Positions 1-8,959 of a stretch of DNA of 64,000 nt are shown here, piece after piece. A model generated the notes under the pieces. That model had not been told where the DNA came from. It did not search any database and was given only the letters and a program-made list of their open reading frames with translations. The position numbers were made by a program, and so were the translations under genes. Source of the DNA: a virus (Duplodnaviria; Caudoviricetes). Within the stretch, counting starts at the first letter, position 1; every line of letters starts with the position of its first letter. The stretch spans positions 1 to 64,000 of the IMG/VR virus record IMGVR_UViG_3300044842_000203; one strand, given 5' to 3'.

Positions 1-731
1 TGCCCGTAGCCCAACAGTCCGGTGTTGATCGCCCCCGACGATTGCGGGCCCACCGTAAGGCTCGCCGAGCTGCTGGGCGTGGTACCGCCGAATGCGGCGC
101 CCTGCGTGCTCGTCAGCTGCCCCGTGCCCGAGACAGTGAGTACCTGATTACCCGACGAGTCGATGCCGCGTAGCAGCGCCGTCACGTTCGCATCCCCGGC
201 GCGAATCTCGAGGCCCGCTTCCGCGCCCAGTGGGGTGATCCGGGCGCGCACACCAGCCGGTACCGCGTCCAGGCCACCGACCGAAAGTCGGCCAATAGTC
301 CCGTCTGCGGTGCCGCCGAGGATGAGTTGCTTGCGCAGCGTCATCCCGCCATCCCAGGAGGTCGAGACGCTCGGCCCGTTAGCCACGCTCGTGTGCTCCA
401 CCCGGAACGCCTCAGCGGTTACCGAGGGGGATGTGTCCGGCGGCCGGACGATTAGTCGTTCCGGAACCCAGTTCTGCGCCCGCCACGTCGCGCCAGGGTC
501 CGTGCGGTACAGGTGATAGCCGGTCGCGCCCCCGCCCAGATCGAGGGTGCGCTCAAAGTATTCCGCCGTGACCAGCCCGGATGCTGGCAGCGCCGCCCCC
601 GGTGTGCGCTGATCCAGCGCAACCCTGGATTCCAGATTCGCGAAGTCGGTGTTGAACCCGATGCGGCTCGGCGAGTCCTGCCCGCTGGACCACTGCTCCA
701 AGCCAACGCGAGTCGTGCGAGTAATGGCCAC
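1..731 (-). CDS. Tail fibre / minor tail protein, N-terminal part (runs off window)
   Basis: Not in ORF track. Read manually from GTG at 731: MAITRTTRVGLEQWSSGQDSPSRIGFNTDFANLESR..., open to base 1, G/S/T-rich, follows baseplate genes, preceded by late promoter motif. Confidence 0.7.
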   Translation of the reverse strand, partial: MAITRTTRVGLEQWSSGQDSPSRIGFNTDFANLESRVALDQRTPGAALPASGLVTAEYFERTLDLGGGATGYHLYRTDPGATWRAQNWVPERLIVRPPDTSPSVTAEAFRVEHTSVANGPSVSTSWDGGMTLRKQLILGGTADGTIGRLSVGGLDAVPAGVRARITPLGAEAGLEIRAGDANVTALLRGIDSSGNQVLTVSGTGQLTSTQGAAFGGTTPSSSASLTVGPQSSGAINTGLLGYG

Positions 732-961
732 GGGCGTGATCGTGACAGTGTGTGGAGATCAGGCAGTGCGCGACACGCGCGAGCGGGCCGCAGCCTCGGC
801 GCATGAGCGCCACACCGAGGTGTGCGGAGCAGGGGTGTTCGTGGCAGCCGGCAGGAAGCCCCCCGGCGTTACTCCGGCCGAACACAAGCCCTTAACCACT
901 GGTGGTGTCGGTGTCGGGGGGATGGCCTTGACTCCGGCGGCCCGCTCGCCGGAGCAGGCTA

Positions 962-2164
962 CTAGCCGTGGTATTCGCGAGCGTCGAACGCATCCACGAT
1001 GTACGTCTCGCCCACACCCAACCCATCGACCTGAATAGCCACCTTCAGCGTCGTCGCACCCGTCGGCGCAGTGAACTTCGCCATCGGCACCCGAGTCCAC
1101 ACACCCGCCGTCGCGGTGAAATCCGGTGCAGTGTTCGTCGCACCCGTCGACCAGGTGTAGATCAGGCGGCCTGTGCGCGTGCCCGTCGACGGCTTCACCG
1201 AACACGCCGCCCGGTAGTCGTGCGCCGCGGTGACCGCGAACGTCGAAGAGGTGAGATTGACCTGCCCCGCCGCGGTGGCCGTGAGCACACACTGCCCGAG
1301 CCCATCCACCCCGCCAGCCAGCCACGACTTCGTTGTGTTCGCGCCGGCTGTCCAGCTGGACGTATCGGCCTCGAATGAGGCATTCGGCACCAGATTGCCC
1401 GGCACCGAGGCGTACGACAACCCGGTTTCGGCGAACCGATCCCACGACACGGCGCCCTGCGAATCGGACTCCCACAGATCCCAGATGGGGCGCTGCGCCT
1501 CGATGACATCCCAGGGGGCCTCGACGAAACCCTGATGCAGCACCACGCCCGCCGGCTTGACCCGCTTACGCAGCACCGCAGCGATCACCGCTGACGGGTC
1601 CGGGGTTTCCGATGTGCGGGTGAAGATCGTGACATCCCACGGGGTGCCCACCGTGCCATCCGGCAGCACGTGGGGCAGCACCAGCGCGTACTGCGAGCCG
1701 GTCAACGCCGTGCGGGCCGCGTACTCGATGGACTGCACCGACCCGGCCTCCCACCCGGAGGTGGCGTAGCGGATTGTGTCGCGCTGCTCTTGCACGCTCG
1801 CGGTGGGATCGAGCACGCCGCCCACCATCTGCACTAGCCACGGCAGCCACGCCGGGTCCGCTGTGGTCGGATCCCCCAACGTGGACAGAACGTTTTGCCG
1901 GTTATCCCGGTAGGCGTCCACCTCCGAGGGGTGCAGTGACCACGGCTCCGGATCAGACGGGCCGATAGGCCGCTTGCCTCGGATGCCGGCAACGGTGTCT
2001 TGGATCTGCCCCAACTGGTAGGTGACGGCATCTATGTAGAGCAGGAACGGGTAACCAAGATTGGCATCAGCAACCCGGTAAGCCTCCGGCAGGCGGGCGA
2101 AGATGCGCGCCGCGAAAGAGTTAACGGCCGGCGCCGTTGGCAGGGTGGGGATCGTGGTGGCCAT
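962..2164 (-). CDS. Baseplate wedge / tail protein I-like with C-terminal carbohydrate-binding-like domain
   Basis: 'LDPTTADPAWLPWLVQMVG'-type tail_P2_I segment; C-terminal NLVPNASFEAD..W (CBM4/9-like); follows baseplate J. Confidence 0.75.
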   Translation of the reverse strand: MATTIPTLPTAPAVNSFAARIFARLPEAYRVADANLGYPFLLYIDAVTYQLGQIQDTVAGIRGKRPIGPSDPEPWSLHPSEVDAYRDNRQNVLSTLGDPTTADPAWLPWLVQMVGGVLDPTASVQEQRDTIRYATSGWEAGSVQSIEYAARTALTGSQYALVLPHVLPDGTVGTPWDVTIFTRTSETPDPSAVIAAVLRKRVKPAGVVLHQGFVEAPWDVIEAQRPIWDLWESDSQGAVSWDRFAETGLSYASVPGNLVPNASFEADTSSWTAGANTTKSWLAGGVDGLGQCVLTATAAGQVNLTSSTFAVTAAHDYRAACSVKPSTGTRTGRLIYTWSTGATNTAPDFTATAGVWTRVPMAKFTAPTGATTLKVAIQVDGLGVGETYIVDAFDAREYHG

Positions 2165-3879
2165 CAGATCAAGGTGAAGTCATCGAACTCGACGATCTGG
2201 TCATCGGTGCTGCCCGCGGAGGTGTGCCCCGCGATGAGCACCATGTTGGTGCTCGTGTAGGCCGGCAGGCCTGCGCTGGCGGTGCGCCGCACCGTCCATG
2301 AGGCGCCATCGGCGCTGGTTTCCCACACGACGGTGCCTGGTGCAGATTCGCGGATCCGCAGCCACACGTGGTTGGTGGCGTCGTAGGCGAGGGTCGTGTC
2401 GTTGTTGACCCCGGCCAGGCGGATCCGCATCAGCAGGTTGGCGCCGGACTTGCCGATGGAAAGCCAGTTGTTGGCATCGGTGTAGACCCGCACCAGCATT
2501 TCTCCGGCCGTGGCGGTGGGCACAGTGGGTGTCTTTACCTGCACCCGGCGGCCAGTGAAGTTGTACTTCGCCACCGAGGTCACCGAGTCGGCGTAGGTGG
2601 AGTGCGCGGTCATGCGCAGCCGGTTGGACACGATCGCCGCGGTGCCCGCAGCGGTCCACAACGTGGTCGACAAGGTGGAGGTGTCGGAGTTGAAGTGGTC
2701 CTCGAAGCCGCCCCCGGCGACCGGATCAGCGGAGTCTACGACGTTGGCTTGCGGCAGCGCGCGGGGCGAGCTGGCCACAATGTCGAGAGTTGAGCCGTTG
2801 AGCAGCAGGTGGTTCACGTAGTCGACACCGGGCACCTGGTCGACCAGGGACACAAACTCGTTGTGCCGCGCTGGAGCGCCCGCAGTCCAGGTGAGTGGGT
2901 TGACGTAGTTACGAATGGCGGCGGTAACGCTGGCGGCCACGGCGGAGGCGGTGTAGCCCGCGGCGGTGGTGAATGTGACGAACACATTCAGGTTGTCGAG
3001 GGTGGCGTTGACGACGTGCACGGCGAGCATCGCCGCGGCTTTGGCCTGCGCCTGATTCTGAAGGTCGGTGAGGTCGGACGTGCCTAGCGGTAGCCCGGTG
3101 GGGTCGAGCACAGCGGAGGTGATGTGACCGGGGTTGGTGCCGGGCAGGGTGGGGGATCCCACGGACCCGTCCCACAGGTCGATGGTCATCACGCGGCCGA
3201 TGCGCACGTCCTCGTCGATGAAGGCGTTGAATTGCTGCGGTACGACCAGCGCATCGGATAGGCGTTGCAGTCGGGCGACGCCGCGATCACGCCAGGCGAC
3301 GTCGGTCTCGGGGTCGCGCCCGCCAGCTACGGTGCTGGACAGCGTGATGGATTGGATCATGTTGAGCTGGTCGGCGAGCACCAGTCGCGCTCCGGCGGCG
3401 ACCCCGTTGGCCGCCGCGGTGTTGATTTGGCTGATCAGGTTCACGGTCGCGGAGGTTTGGCCGGAGGCGATCTGCGTGTCCGGGGATTGCGCCAGGAACA
3501 CCACCACCTGCCCGGTGGCCAGCGTGAGGTAGAACCTCGTGCCCGTCGGGATGGTGTAGCCCAGATTGTCGGCAACGTTGATCGTGGCGGTGCAGGTGGC
3601 CGGCGCCCCGAAGTCGCGCAGCACTCCGGCGAGCCCGAGCACGGCTTCGACGACGGCGCCGGGCAGTCGGTTGATAGCGACCACGTTCTCGGCGACAGCG
3701 AGCGCAATGGCTTCCATGAGCAGGACTTCGGTGTTGCCCTCGCGCGCCACCCAGCCGGGATTCGAGATCCCATACATGGCGATCATGGCGTTAATCAGGT
3801 CTTGCGACGGCACATCGAAGATGCGCAGGTCAACGTAGGCGCCGAGGTCCGCTGGGGGCCGGGATAGGGGTTGGCTCAT
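2164..3879 (-). CDS. Baseplate J/gp47-family protein with C-terminal lectin-like extension
   Basis: Start MSQPLSR overlaps the previous stop; GGRDPETDVAWRDR motif typical of baseplate J. Confidence 0.85.
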   Translation of the reverse strand: MSQPLSRPPADLGAYVDLRIFDVPSQDLINAMIAMYGISNPGWVAREGNTEVLLMEAIALAVAENVVAINRLPGAVVEAVLGLAGVLRDFGAPATCTATINVADNLGYTIPTGTRFYLTLATGQVVVFLAQSPDTQIASGQTSATVNLISQINTAAANGVAAGARLVLADQLNMIQSITLSSTVAGGRDPETDVAWRDRGVARLQRLSDALVVPQQFNAFIDEDVRIGRVMTIDLWDGSVGSPTLPGTNPGHITSAVLDPTGLPLGTSDLTDLQNQAQAKAAAMLAVHVVNATLDNLNVFVTFTTAAGYTASAVAASVTAAIRNYVNPLTWTAGAPARHNEFVSLVDQVPGVDYVNHLLLNGSTLDIVASSPRALPQANVVDSADPVAGGGFEDHFNSDTSTLSTTLWTAAGTAAIVSNRLRMTAHSTYADSVTSVAKYNFTGRRVQVKTPTVPTATAGEMLVRVYTDANNWLSIGKSGANLLMRIRLAGVNNDTTLAYDATNHVWLRIRESAPGTVVWETSADGASWTVRRTASAGLPAYTSTNMVLIAGHTSAGSTDDQIVEFDDFTLI

Positions 3880-4196
3880 CGGCCCGCCGGCTTCCGCGCC
3901 CAGGTGACGGTGACGACTTCGCGGTCCCCGTTGACGTCGCTGGTACGCGAGATCACCACATCGGAGAGGTCCACGCGGGGACCGAAGTCGAGGCAGTGCC
4001 GTTCCAGGGCTTGCAATTCCCACCCGACGAAGACGGGATCGGCGATCCCAAACGAGAGGGCCTGCTGGCGCTCACCGGGCCGGGTGAGGCACGCGACAGC
4101 GATCAGGTTCTCGACATCGCGGTCGGAGTCCTGTTCGACGGTGGCCACACTGCCGCCGGGGCCGAGTGCGAACGGCCAATCCCATACCTGCGCCAC
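3876..4196 (-). CDS. Baseplate wedge gp25/GPW-like protein
   Basis: WPF...TRPGER...FGI motif; GTG 4196 lies 7 nt after the -10 of the late motif. Confidence 0.75.
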   Translation of the reverse strand: MAQVWDWPFALGPGGSVATVEQDSDRDVENLIAVACLTRPGERQQALSFGIADPVFVGWELQALERHCLDFGPRVDLSDVVISRTSDVNGDREVVTVTWARKPAGR

Positions 4197-4242
4197 GCGC
4201 CGCATCCTGGCATGTCGGGGGGTGATCGCTGGTGGTGGCGCG

Positions 4243-5403
4243 CTAGTCGACGGTGACCACTTCCATGACGAAGCCGTTCACCAGGTCCAGCACCGAGCCG
4301 AGCACCGTTTGCAGCTGCCCCCAAATCTGGATCTGGAAGCCGCTGCCGGCCGTCCAGAGGTAGGTGTCGGCGTGCGTGATGATGGTGCGTGGCTGTTCGC
4401 GCTGATTGCTGTATTGGTAGTACTCGGCACCCATAGCGCGGAAAATCTGACCCGAGTCGAATCGGACGGTGCCGCCTGGATTGTCGGCAACTCTCAGGCG
4501 CAGATAGGCGTCCGAGGGCTCAACGTTGGTTCCCGCTCCGGCGTTGACGAATGTGCCGATCGCGAAATTATAGAGGTGATTGCAGTCCTCTTTGTTGACG
4601 AAATTGGCGGTGAGGAGTTGCGTCTCGGTTCCGGTGATGGCCAGGGACAGACCCGATTGGCGCACCCCGTGCACGACGGGTTGACGATTGGAGCGGGTTT
4701 GTACCGCCGCAGCCGCGCCGATGATTTTGGAGACGTACTGGGTGTGCTGTCCGGCGATCAGGGATGCCGTGGTGCAGTTACCTCCGTGCGCGGTGGCTGC
4801 GTTGGTGGCTGCCACTGAGGCGCCCGCAACGGCCCCCGTGGCGGTCAGGGTGCCCGTGTTGACCGCGCCCGTGGTGGTGATGTTGCCGCTGCCGGCGTTG
4901 AGGCTGCCAACGGTGGCCGCGCCGGTCACCCCCAGCGTGCCCCCCACGGTTTCGTTACCGCCGACCGCGTAGGCGCCCGGCGTGGATGTGTGCACGTGGC
5001 TGGCGATGTTGCTGGTGTTGGTGGCGATGTTCGCCTCGTCGGTGGTGAGCCGACCCTCCGCCGACGTTAATCGCCCTTCCGCGCTGGTTAGTCGGCTTGC
5101 GGCGGAGGAGTCCGCGGTTTGCAGCGCGGTGATGGTGGCCATCAAGTTGGGGATCTCGGCCATGGTGTCGGCGCGGCCGGGCACACGGCCGATGACGACG
5201 AGGGTGTCCCGTGAGGTGGAGATGTTGGCGACGAGCACGGCTTCGCCGATGGCGAGGTTGGGCACGCAGGTGGGGATGGGGCCCATGGTGCCGCCGGGGG
5301 CGAACGCTGGCACCTCGACGAGTACGCCGCCTTGCGGGCCGATGCCTTTGACGGTGGCCCGGTTGATGGTGCCCCAGTTGCCGCCCGAGCGTGGTGAGGT
5401 CAC
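4243..5403 (-). CDS. Baseplate spike/puncturing-like protein with coiled coil
   Basis: N-terminal OB-fold-like gpV segment, heptad repeats (RLTSAEG x2), HxH motif, position between hub and gp25. Confidence 0.6.
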   Translation of the reverse strand: MTSPRSGGNWGTINRATVKGIGPQGGVLVEVPAFAPGGTMGPIPTCVPNLAIGEAVLVANISTSRDTLVVIGRVPGRADTMAEIPNLMATITALQTADSSAASRLTSAEGRLTSAEGRLTTDEANIATNTSNIASHVHTSTPGAYAVGGNETVGGTLGVTGAATVGSLNAGSGNITTTGAVNTGTLTATGAVAGASVAATNAATAHGGNCTTASLIAGQHTQYVSKIIGAAAAVQTRSNRQPVVHGVRQSGLSLAITGTETQLLTANFVNKEDCNHLYNFAIGTFVNAGAGTNVEPSDAYLRLRVADNPGGTVRFDSGQIFRAMGAEYYQYSNQREQPRTIITHADTYLWTAGSGFQIQIWGQLQTVLGSVLDLVNGFVMEVVTVD

Positions 5404-5615
5404 GCGCCAGCCGCCTTTTCGCGCCGTTCGATCTCGCGGTTGACGTACCAGGCGGCCTTGCGCAGGTCTTCGATCGCGTTGCCCTTGCTATCGGCGCGCC
5501 AGATGTACTTCACGGCGTTGCCGAGGCAAAAGCCCATGTGCTCGGTGATGGCGATGCACTCCACGCCGCTGGGGTGAGCGTTGTAGTGGTCAGGATGGTT
5601 AACCGGGTCGCTCAT
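5400..5615 (-). CDS. DUF3310 protein
   Basis: DPVNHPDHY...GNAVKYIWRA...EDLRKAAWY signature. Confidence 0.9.
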   Translation of the reverse strand: MSDPVNHPDHYNAHPSGVECIAITEHMGFCLGNAVKYIWRADSKGNAIEDLRKAAWYVNREIERREKAAGA

Positions 5616-7459
5616 GCGTAGCCCTTCGCACCGCGCAGCTTGCCGCCTTTCGTGAAGCCCCGACCGAGGGCGTTGAGCTGGCCGACGGGGCGTGTTTCGT
5701 TGGACGCCTCGATGGTGAAGTTGTTGCCCAGGGAGATGGCGACGTGCGAGAGGTCGTCGACGAACAACAGCGCGCCGCGGGTGGCGATGGCAGTCTGGGC
5801 GGAGATCAAATCACAGTCCCCGTATTGCGCCTGCGAAGTGCGGGGGACTCCGGCGATACCCGCCCGAGTCGCCGCCCACTGCACCAGCGCCGAACAGTCG
5901 AACGCCCGCGGGTTCGGGTCCGTCGCCGAGGGCTGCGCCCCGTACACGTACGCCTTGCCAGTCTGTGACAACGCGTTGCGCACGAACGTCTCCACCTGAC
6001 CGTCCGCGCCCCCACCGGAGATGCCGGCCGCGCCCGCCGTGGTCGGCACCTTGTTCGGATCGAGCGTCGAGCCGGGGGGATGCGGTGGGGGGTCCACCGG
6101 CTCGATCAGCGTGACGTCGGCGCCGTCGGTGTCGGTGGCCAGCACGTGCTGAATGTCGGACACCATCATGCGGTGCGGGTTGGCTCGCGTGGCGTCGGTG
6201 CCCATTACCCCGTAGACGTTCACCGGTACGCCGGGGCGGAAATCGGCGGCGCGGGCGTGCGGCACCCGGCATGAGACCTGCAACGTCATCACGCGCTCGG
6301 CGATGGTGGTGCGCGTGCTGGTGGGCATGTCCATCATGCGCTCGGCATCCGGGGCACCATCCCAGCCGAGCAGGATCGGGCTCGGTGCGCTCCAGGTCAT
6401 GGAGAATGCGGCCGAACCGAAGATGATCCGGCGCCCGGAGATGAAGCACCACTTGCCCAGCTCTTTCGCCAGGCGCAGGATCGTCGTCCAGGCTGAGGGG
6501 AACTCGGCCTCGTCGACCACCCCCATGGAGGGGTCGTAGACGTCGCGGCTGATAGTGGACTGGGTGGCCACGCTTTCCCCGAGCAGGAACTTGGTGGGGT
6601 CGTAGCCCACCGTGCTCAGCTCTTGGAACAGCCACGTAACCGCGTCGATGTTGGACTCGGTTTTCGGCCCGCGCAGCTGCCGTAGCGCGTGCACGATGTC
6701 GTCTTCGGCGACCACATCGGCCTGCCCCTGCCCGTGGTCGCCGGGCACGTAGGACACGGTGTCGATGCGCAGGAACGCATCGCGCCAGGTAACAGTGTTG
6801 CCTTTGTCGAACAGCTTCTTAATCGAGAGGCCGAAGTTGGGGTCGAGCACGGAGAACGACACGTGCGGGATGGTGGAGGTGCCGGCGGTGAAGGTCGGTT
6901 CGTTGATGACCTGAAGGCCGACGTCCTCACCGGCTTGCTGGCCGAGCACCTGCAACGGGCCGAGCGCCCCGGAGGCGGTGGGTGTGTTGAATTGCAGCGC
7001 GATGCCGGTGCCGGCGCGGGTCTCTTCCCCGCCGGGTGGGCCGTAGACGACGGTTTGGCTGGCCGGGTCGGAGCCGGCGACCGGCGGGGCACCGGTGAGT
7101 CCGCCAGCGTTGGCCACAGCTTGCCCTGATTCGGCCATGAAGGGCACGTAGGCGTTGTTGTTGTAGGTCGACCAGGCGCGCAGGCCCTGTGAGTCGTAGA
7201 TGGCTTTGGCGGCGGCGGTGTTGTAGCGGGGGTCGGTGAGCAGCTGCTGGGCGTTGTACTGACTGTGCACGGAGTTGATCTGGAATAGCCCGCGGTCGAT
7301 GCTGCCGTTGGAGTTGGCGGTGTTGATGGCGTCGACGGTCCAGCCGGATTCCGCTTTGGCGATGGCCACCATGGTTACGCGGTCTTGCTCGGGGAAGCCG
7401 GCTTCCACGACGAGCTGGGCGACTTGAGGCCCGGTGAGTTTGATTTGCCCAGCTGCCAC
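5612..7459 (-). CDS. Baseplate hub / tail lysin: SLT transglycosylase + hub + NlpC/P60
   Basis: AIAKAESG..DRGLFQIN (SLT); YVYGA..FDCSALVQWA..HVAI (NlpC/P60). Confidence 0.85.
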   Translation of the reverse strand: MAAGQIKLTGPQVAQLVVEAGFPEQDRVTMVAIAKAESGWTVDAINTANSNGSIDRGLFQINSVHSQYNAQQLLTDPRYNTAAAKAIYDSQGLRAWSTYNNNAYVPFMAESGQAVANAGGLTGAPPVAGSDPASQTVVYGPPGGEETRAGTGIALQFNTPTASGALGPLQVLGQQAGEDVGLQVINEPTFTAGTSTIPHVSFSVLDPNFGLSIKKLFDKGNTVTWRDAFLRIDTVSYVPGDHGQGQADVVAEDDIVHALRQLRGPKTESNIDAVTWLFQELSTVGYDPTKFLLGESVATQSTISRDVYDPSMGVVDEAEFPSAWTTILRLAKELGKWCFISGRRIIFGSAAFSMTWSAPSPILLGWDGAPDAERMMDMPTSTRTTIAERVMTLQVSCRVPHARAADFRPGVPVNVYGVMGTDATRANPHRMMVSDIQHVLATDTDGADVTLIEPVDPPPHPPGSTLDPNKVPTTAGAAGISGGGADGQVETFVRNALSQTGKAYVYGAQPSATDPNPRAFDCSALVQWAATRAGIAGVPRTSQAQYGDCDLISAQTAIATRGALLFVDDLSHVAISLGNNFTIEASNETRPVGQLNALGRGFTKGGKLRGAKGYA

Positions 7460-7626
7460 GGGCGCACCCTATGTGGCGGGCCGGTTGCGCTGCGTTGGAC
7501 ACGCAGGTTACGCACTGTAGCGCGGGGCTGCTACCGAAGAGTGATTGACCAGTTACGGTCTGCGCTCACACCATTTTGCATGTGCATCTGTGAGGACCGT
7601 ATGTCCATCAGCGGAAAGCTCGGCGC

Positions 7627-8154
7627 GTGCACCGCCGCACGGGCTTAGCCCCCCGGCGCCTATCTCGAACAACTCGAATCGTGCTGATCGCCGCCCACTC
7701 CGTCGGCGCATCTCTTTGGCTCGGCGTTCTGCTCGTGCTCGGCCTCGCCGATCTCGCGGAGCTACGTAGCCACACGGGCCCCGGTGTGCTCGATGGGCTT
7801 GCCGGGGTCTACATCGCGTGGCTACTCATCCCCACCGTGGCGCTCGTGCTGTGCACCGGGTTGATCCTCGCCGCGTGTAGCGCATGGGGGTTGGTGCGCC
7901 ATTGGTGGTTGCTTGGAAAGATCACGCTGGCCGGTGTGCTGTCCTGTTACGGGCTGGCCGCGATGCTCGTAGCCGTGCACACCCGCTATGACCGGCTCGC
8001 CGCAGCCATCGCCCTCACCTCGGCAGTAGCTGTGTCAGTGCTCAAGCCATGGGGGCGTACCCCGTTTGCTACGCGACCGGGGCGCCGCGAATCAGATCCA
8101 CGACCAGCAGGATTACGCCGATCACCACCAGCAGGATCCCCACCACGTACATGA
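7627..8154 (+). CDS. Membrane protein (DUF2269-like), antisense moron
   Basis: 4-5 TM segments; TGL..WGLVRHWW..K and SVLKPWGRT motifs. Confidence 0.65.
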   Translation: MHRRTGLAPRRLSRTTRIVLIAAHSVGASLWLGVLLVLGLADLAELRSHTGPGVLDGLAGVYIAWLLIPTVALVLCTGLILAACSAWGLVRHWWLLGKITLAGVLSCYGLAAMLVAVHTRYDRLAAAIALTSAVAVSVLKPWGRTPFATRPGRRESDPRPAGLRRSPPAGSPPRT

Positions 8155-8242
8155 CAGTGCTCAGCGGATATGGCACCAGACCGTTAAGAACGATGAGCAC
8201 AATGCCGATCGCCAGCATGATCAAATCGCGTACCCAGCCCAT
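8069..8242 (-). CDS. Small 2-TM membrane protein (57 aa), possible holin
   Basis: Read manually: MGWVRDLIMLAIGIVLIVLNGLVPYPLSTVMYVVGILLVVIGVILLVVDLIRGAPVA; RBS GAGGGG. Confidence 0.6.
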   Translation of the reverse strand: MGWVRDLIMLAIGIVLIVLNGLVPYPLSTVMYVVGILLVVIGVILLVVDLIRGAPVA

Positions 8243-8251
8243 GGTTTCCCC

Positions 8252-8950
8252 TCAGCCCGGCGGGATGGTCAGCACCAGCCCTGCATGGATGTTGCCCGGA
8301 TCTTGGATCTTGTCACGATTCGCGTCATAGATCAGAGGCCATTTATCCCCCGACCCGTAGGTCTTCGCGCTGATTCCCCACAGCGTGTCACCCTGCGCCA
8401 CGGTGTAGGTGGTTGCCGGGGCCGTCGCTGCGGCCTTCGCTGGCGCTGGCTGCGGCGCGGCCGGCACCGAGGTGGGACCTACCCCCAACGCAGGATCGCT
8501 GGCTCGGGTCAGCGTGATGTCTGCGCTGCCCTGGATGATCCGGTTGCTGGTGGGATGGCGAATCGCGGAGTGCACAATCAGCGCGGTGATGCGCCACAGT
8601 CCGGCCTCGTGATCGCTGTAGCGGAACATGATGCGCTCATTGGACTTCGCGATGTTGCGCAGCGTGTCGATGTAGCCGTTCTGCTCCTCGAACACATCAG
8701 TTTTTGAGGCGATCTGAATGCTGAATTTGAGTGTGTCCAGTTTGTCGGCCTTGCGCACCAGCAGCGGCACCAGGCCAACCCGGTCAACCTCCACCCAGTC
8801 CTGCTCCAGCGTGCCGTACTCGATGACCGGCGGCGCGAACTGGAAAGTGAAACTCAGTGAGCCGGTCTCGGTGAGGAAGTAGGCGCGAGCACCGGGCACG
8901 GCGGTGAAGTTGACTCCGGTGACTGGATCGCGGATAACAGCAAGCGCCAC
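8252..8950 (-). CDS. Tube initiator / LysM protein
   Basis: C-terminal LysM YTVAQGDTLWGIS..IYDANRDKI; follows tape measure. Confidence 0.85.
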   Translation of the reverse strand: MALAVIRDPVTGVNFTAVPGARAYFLTETGSLSFTFQFAPPVIEYGTLEQDWVEVDRVGLVPLLVRKADKLDTLKFSIQIASKTDVFEEQNGYIDTLRNIAKSNERIMFRYSDHEAGLWRITALIVHSAIRHPTSNRIIQGSADITLTRASDPALGVGPTSVPAAPQPAPAKAAATAPATTYTVAQGDTLWGISAKTYGSGDKWPLIYDANRDKIQDPGNIHAGLVLTIPPG

Positions 8951-8959
8951 GTGCCCCCC

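Noticed and set aside
3880-4023. N-terminal extensions in the ORF track (baseplate J to 4023, XRE to 45655, permease from 20102, 52989, 60217)
   Set aside because: They overlap neighbouring genes or promoters; better RBS or leaderless starts exist downstream
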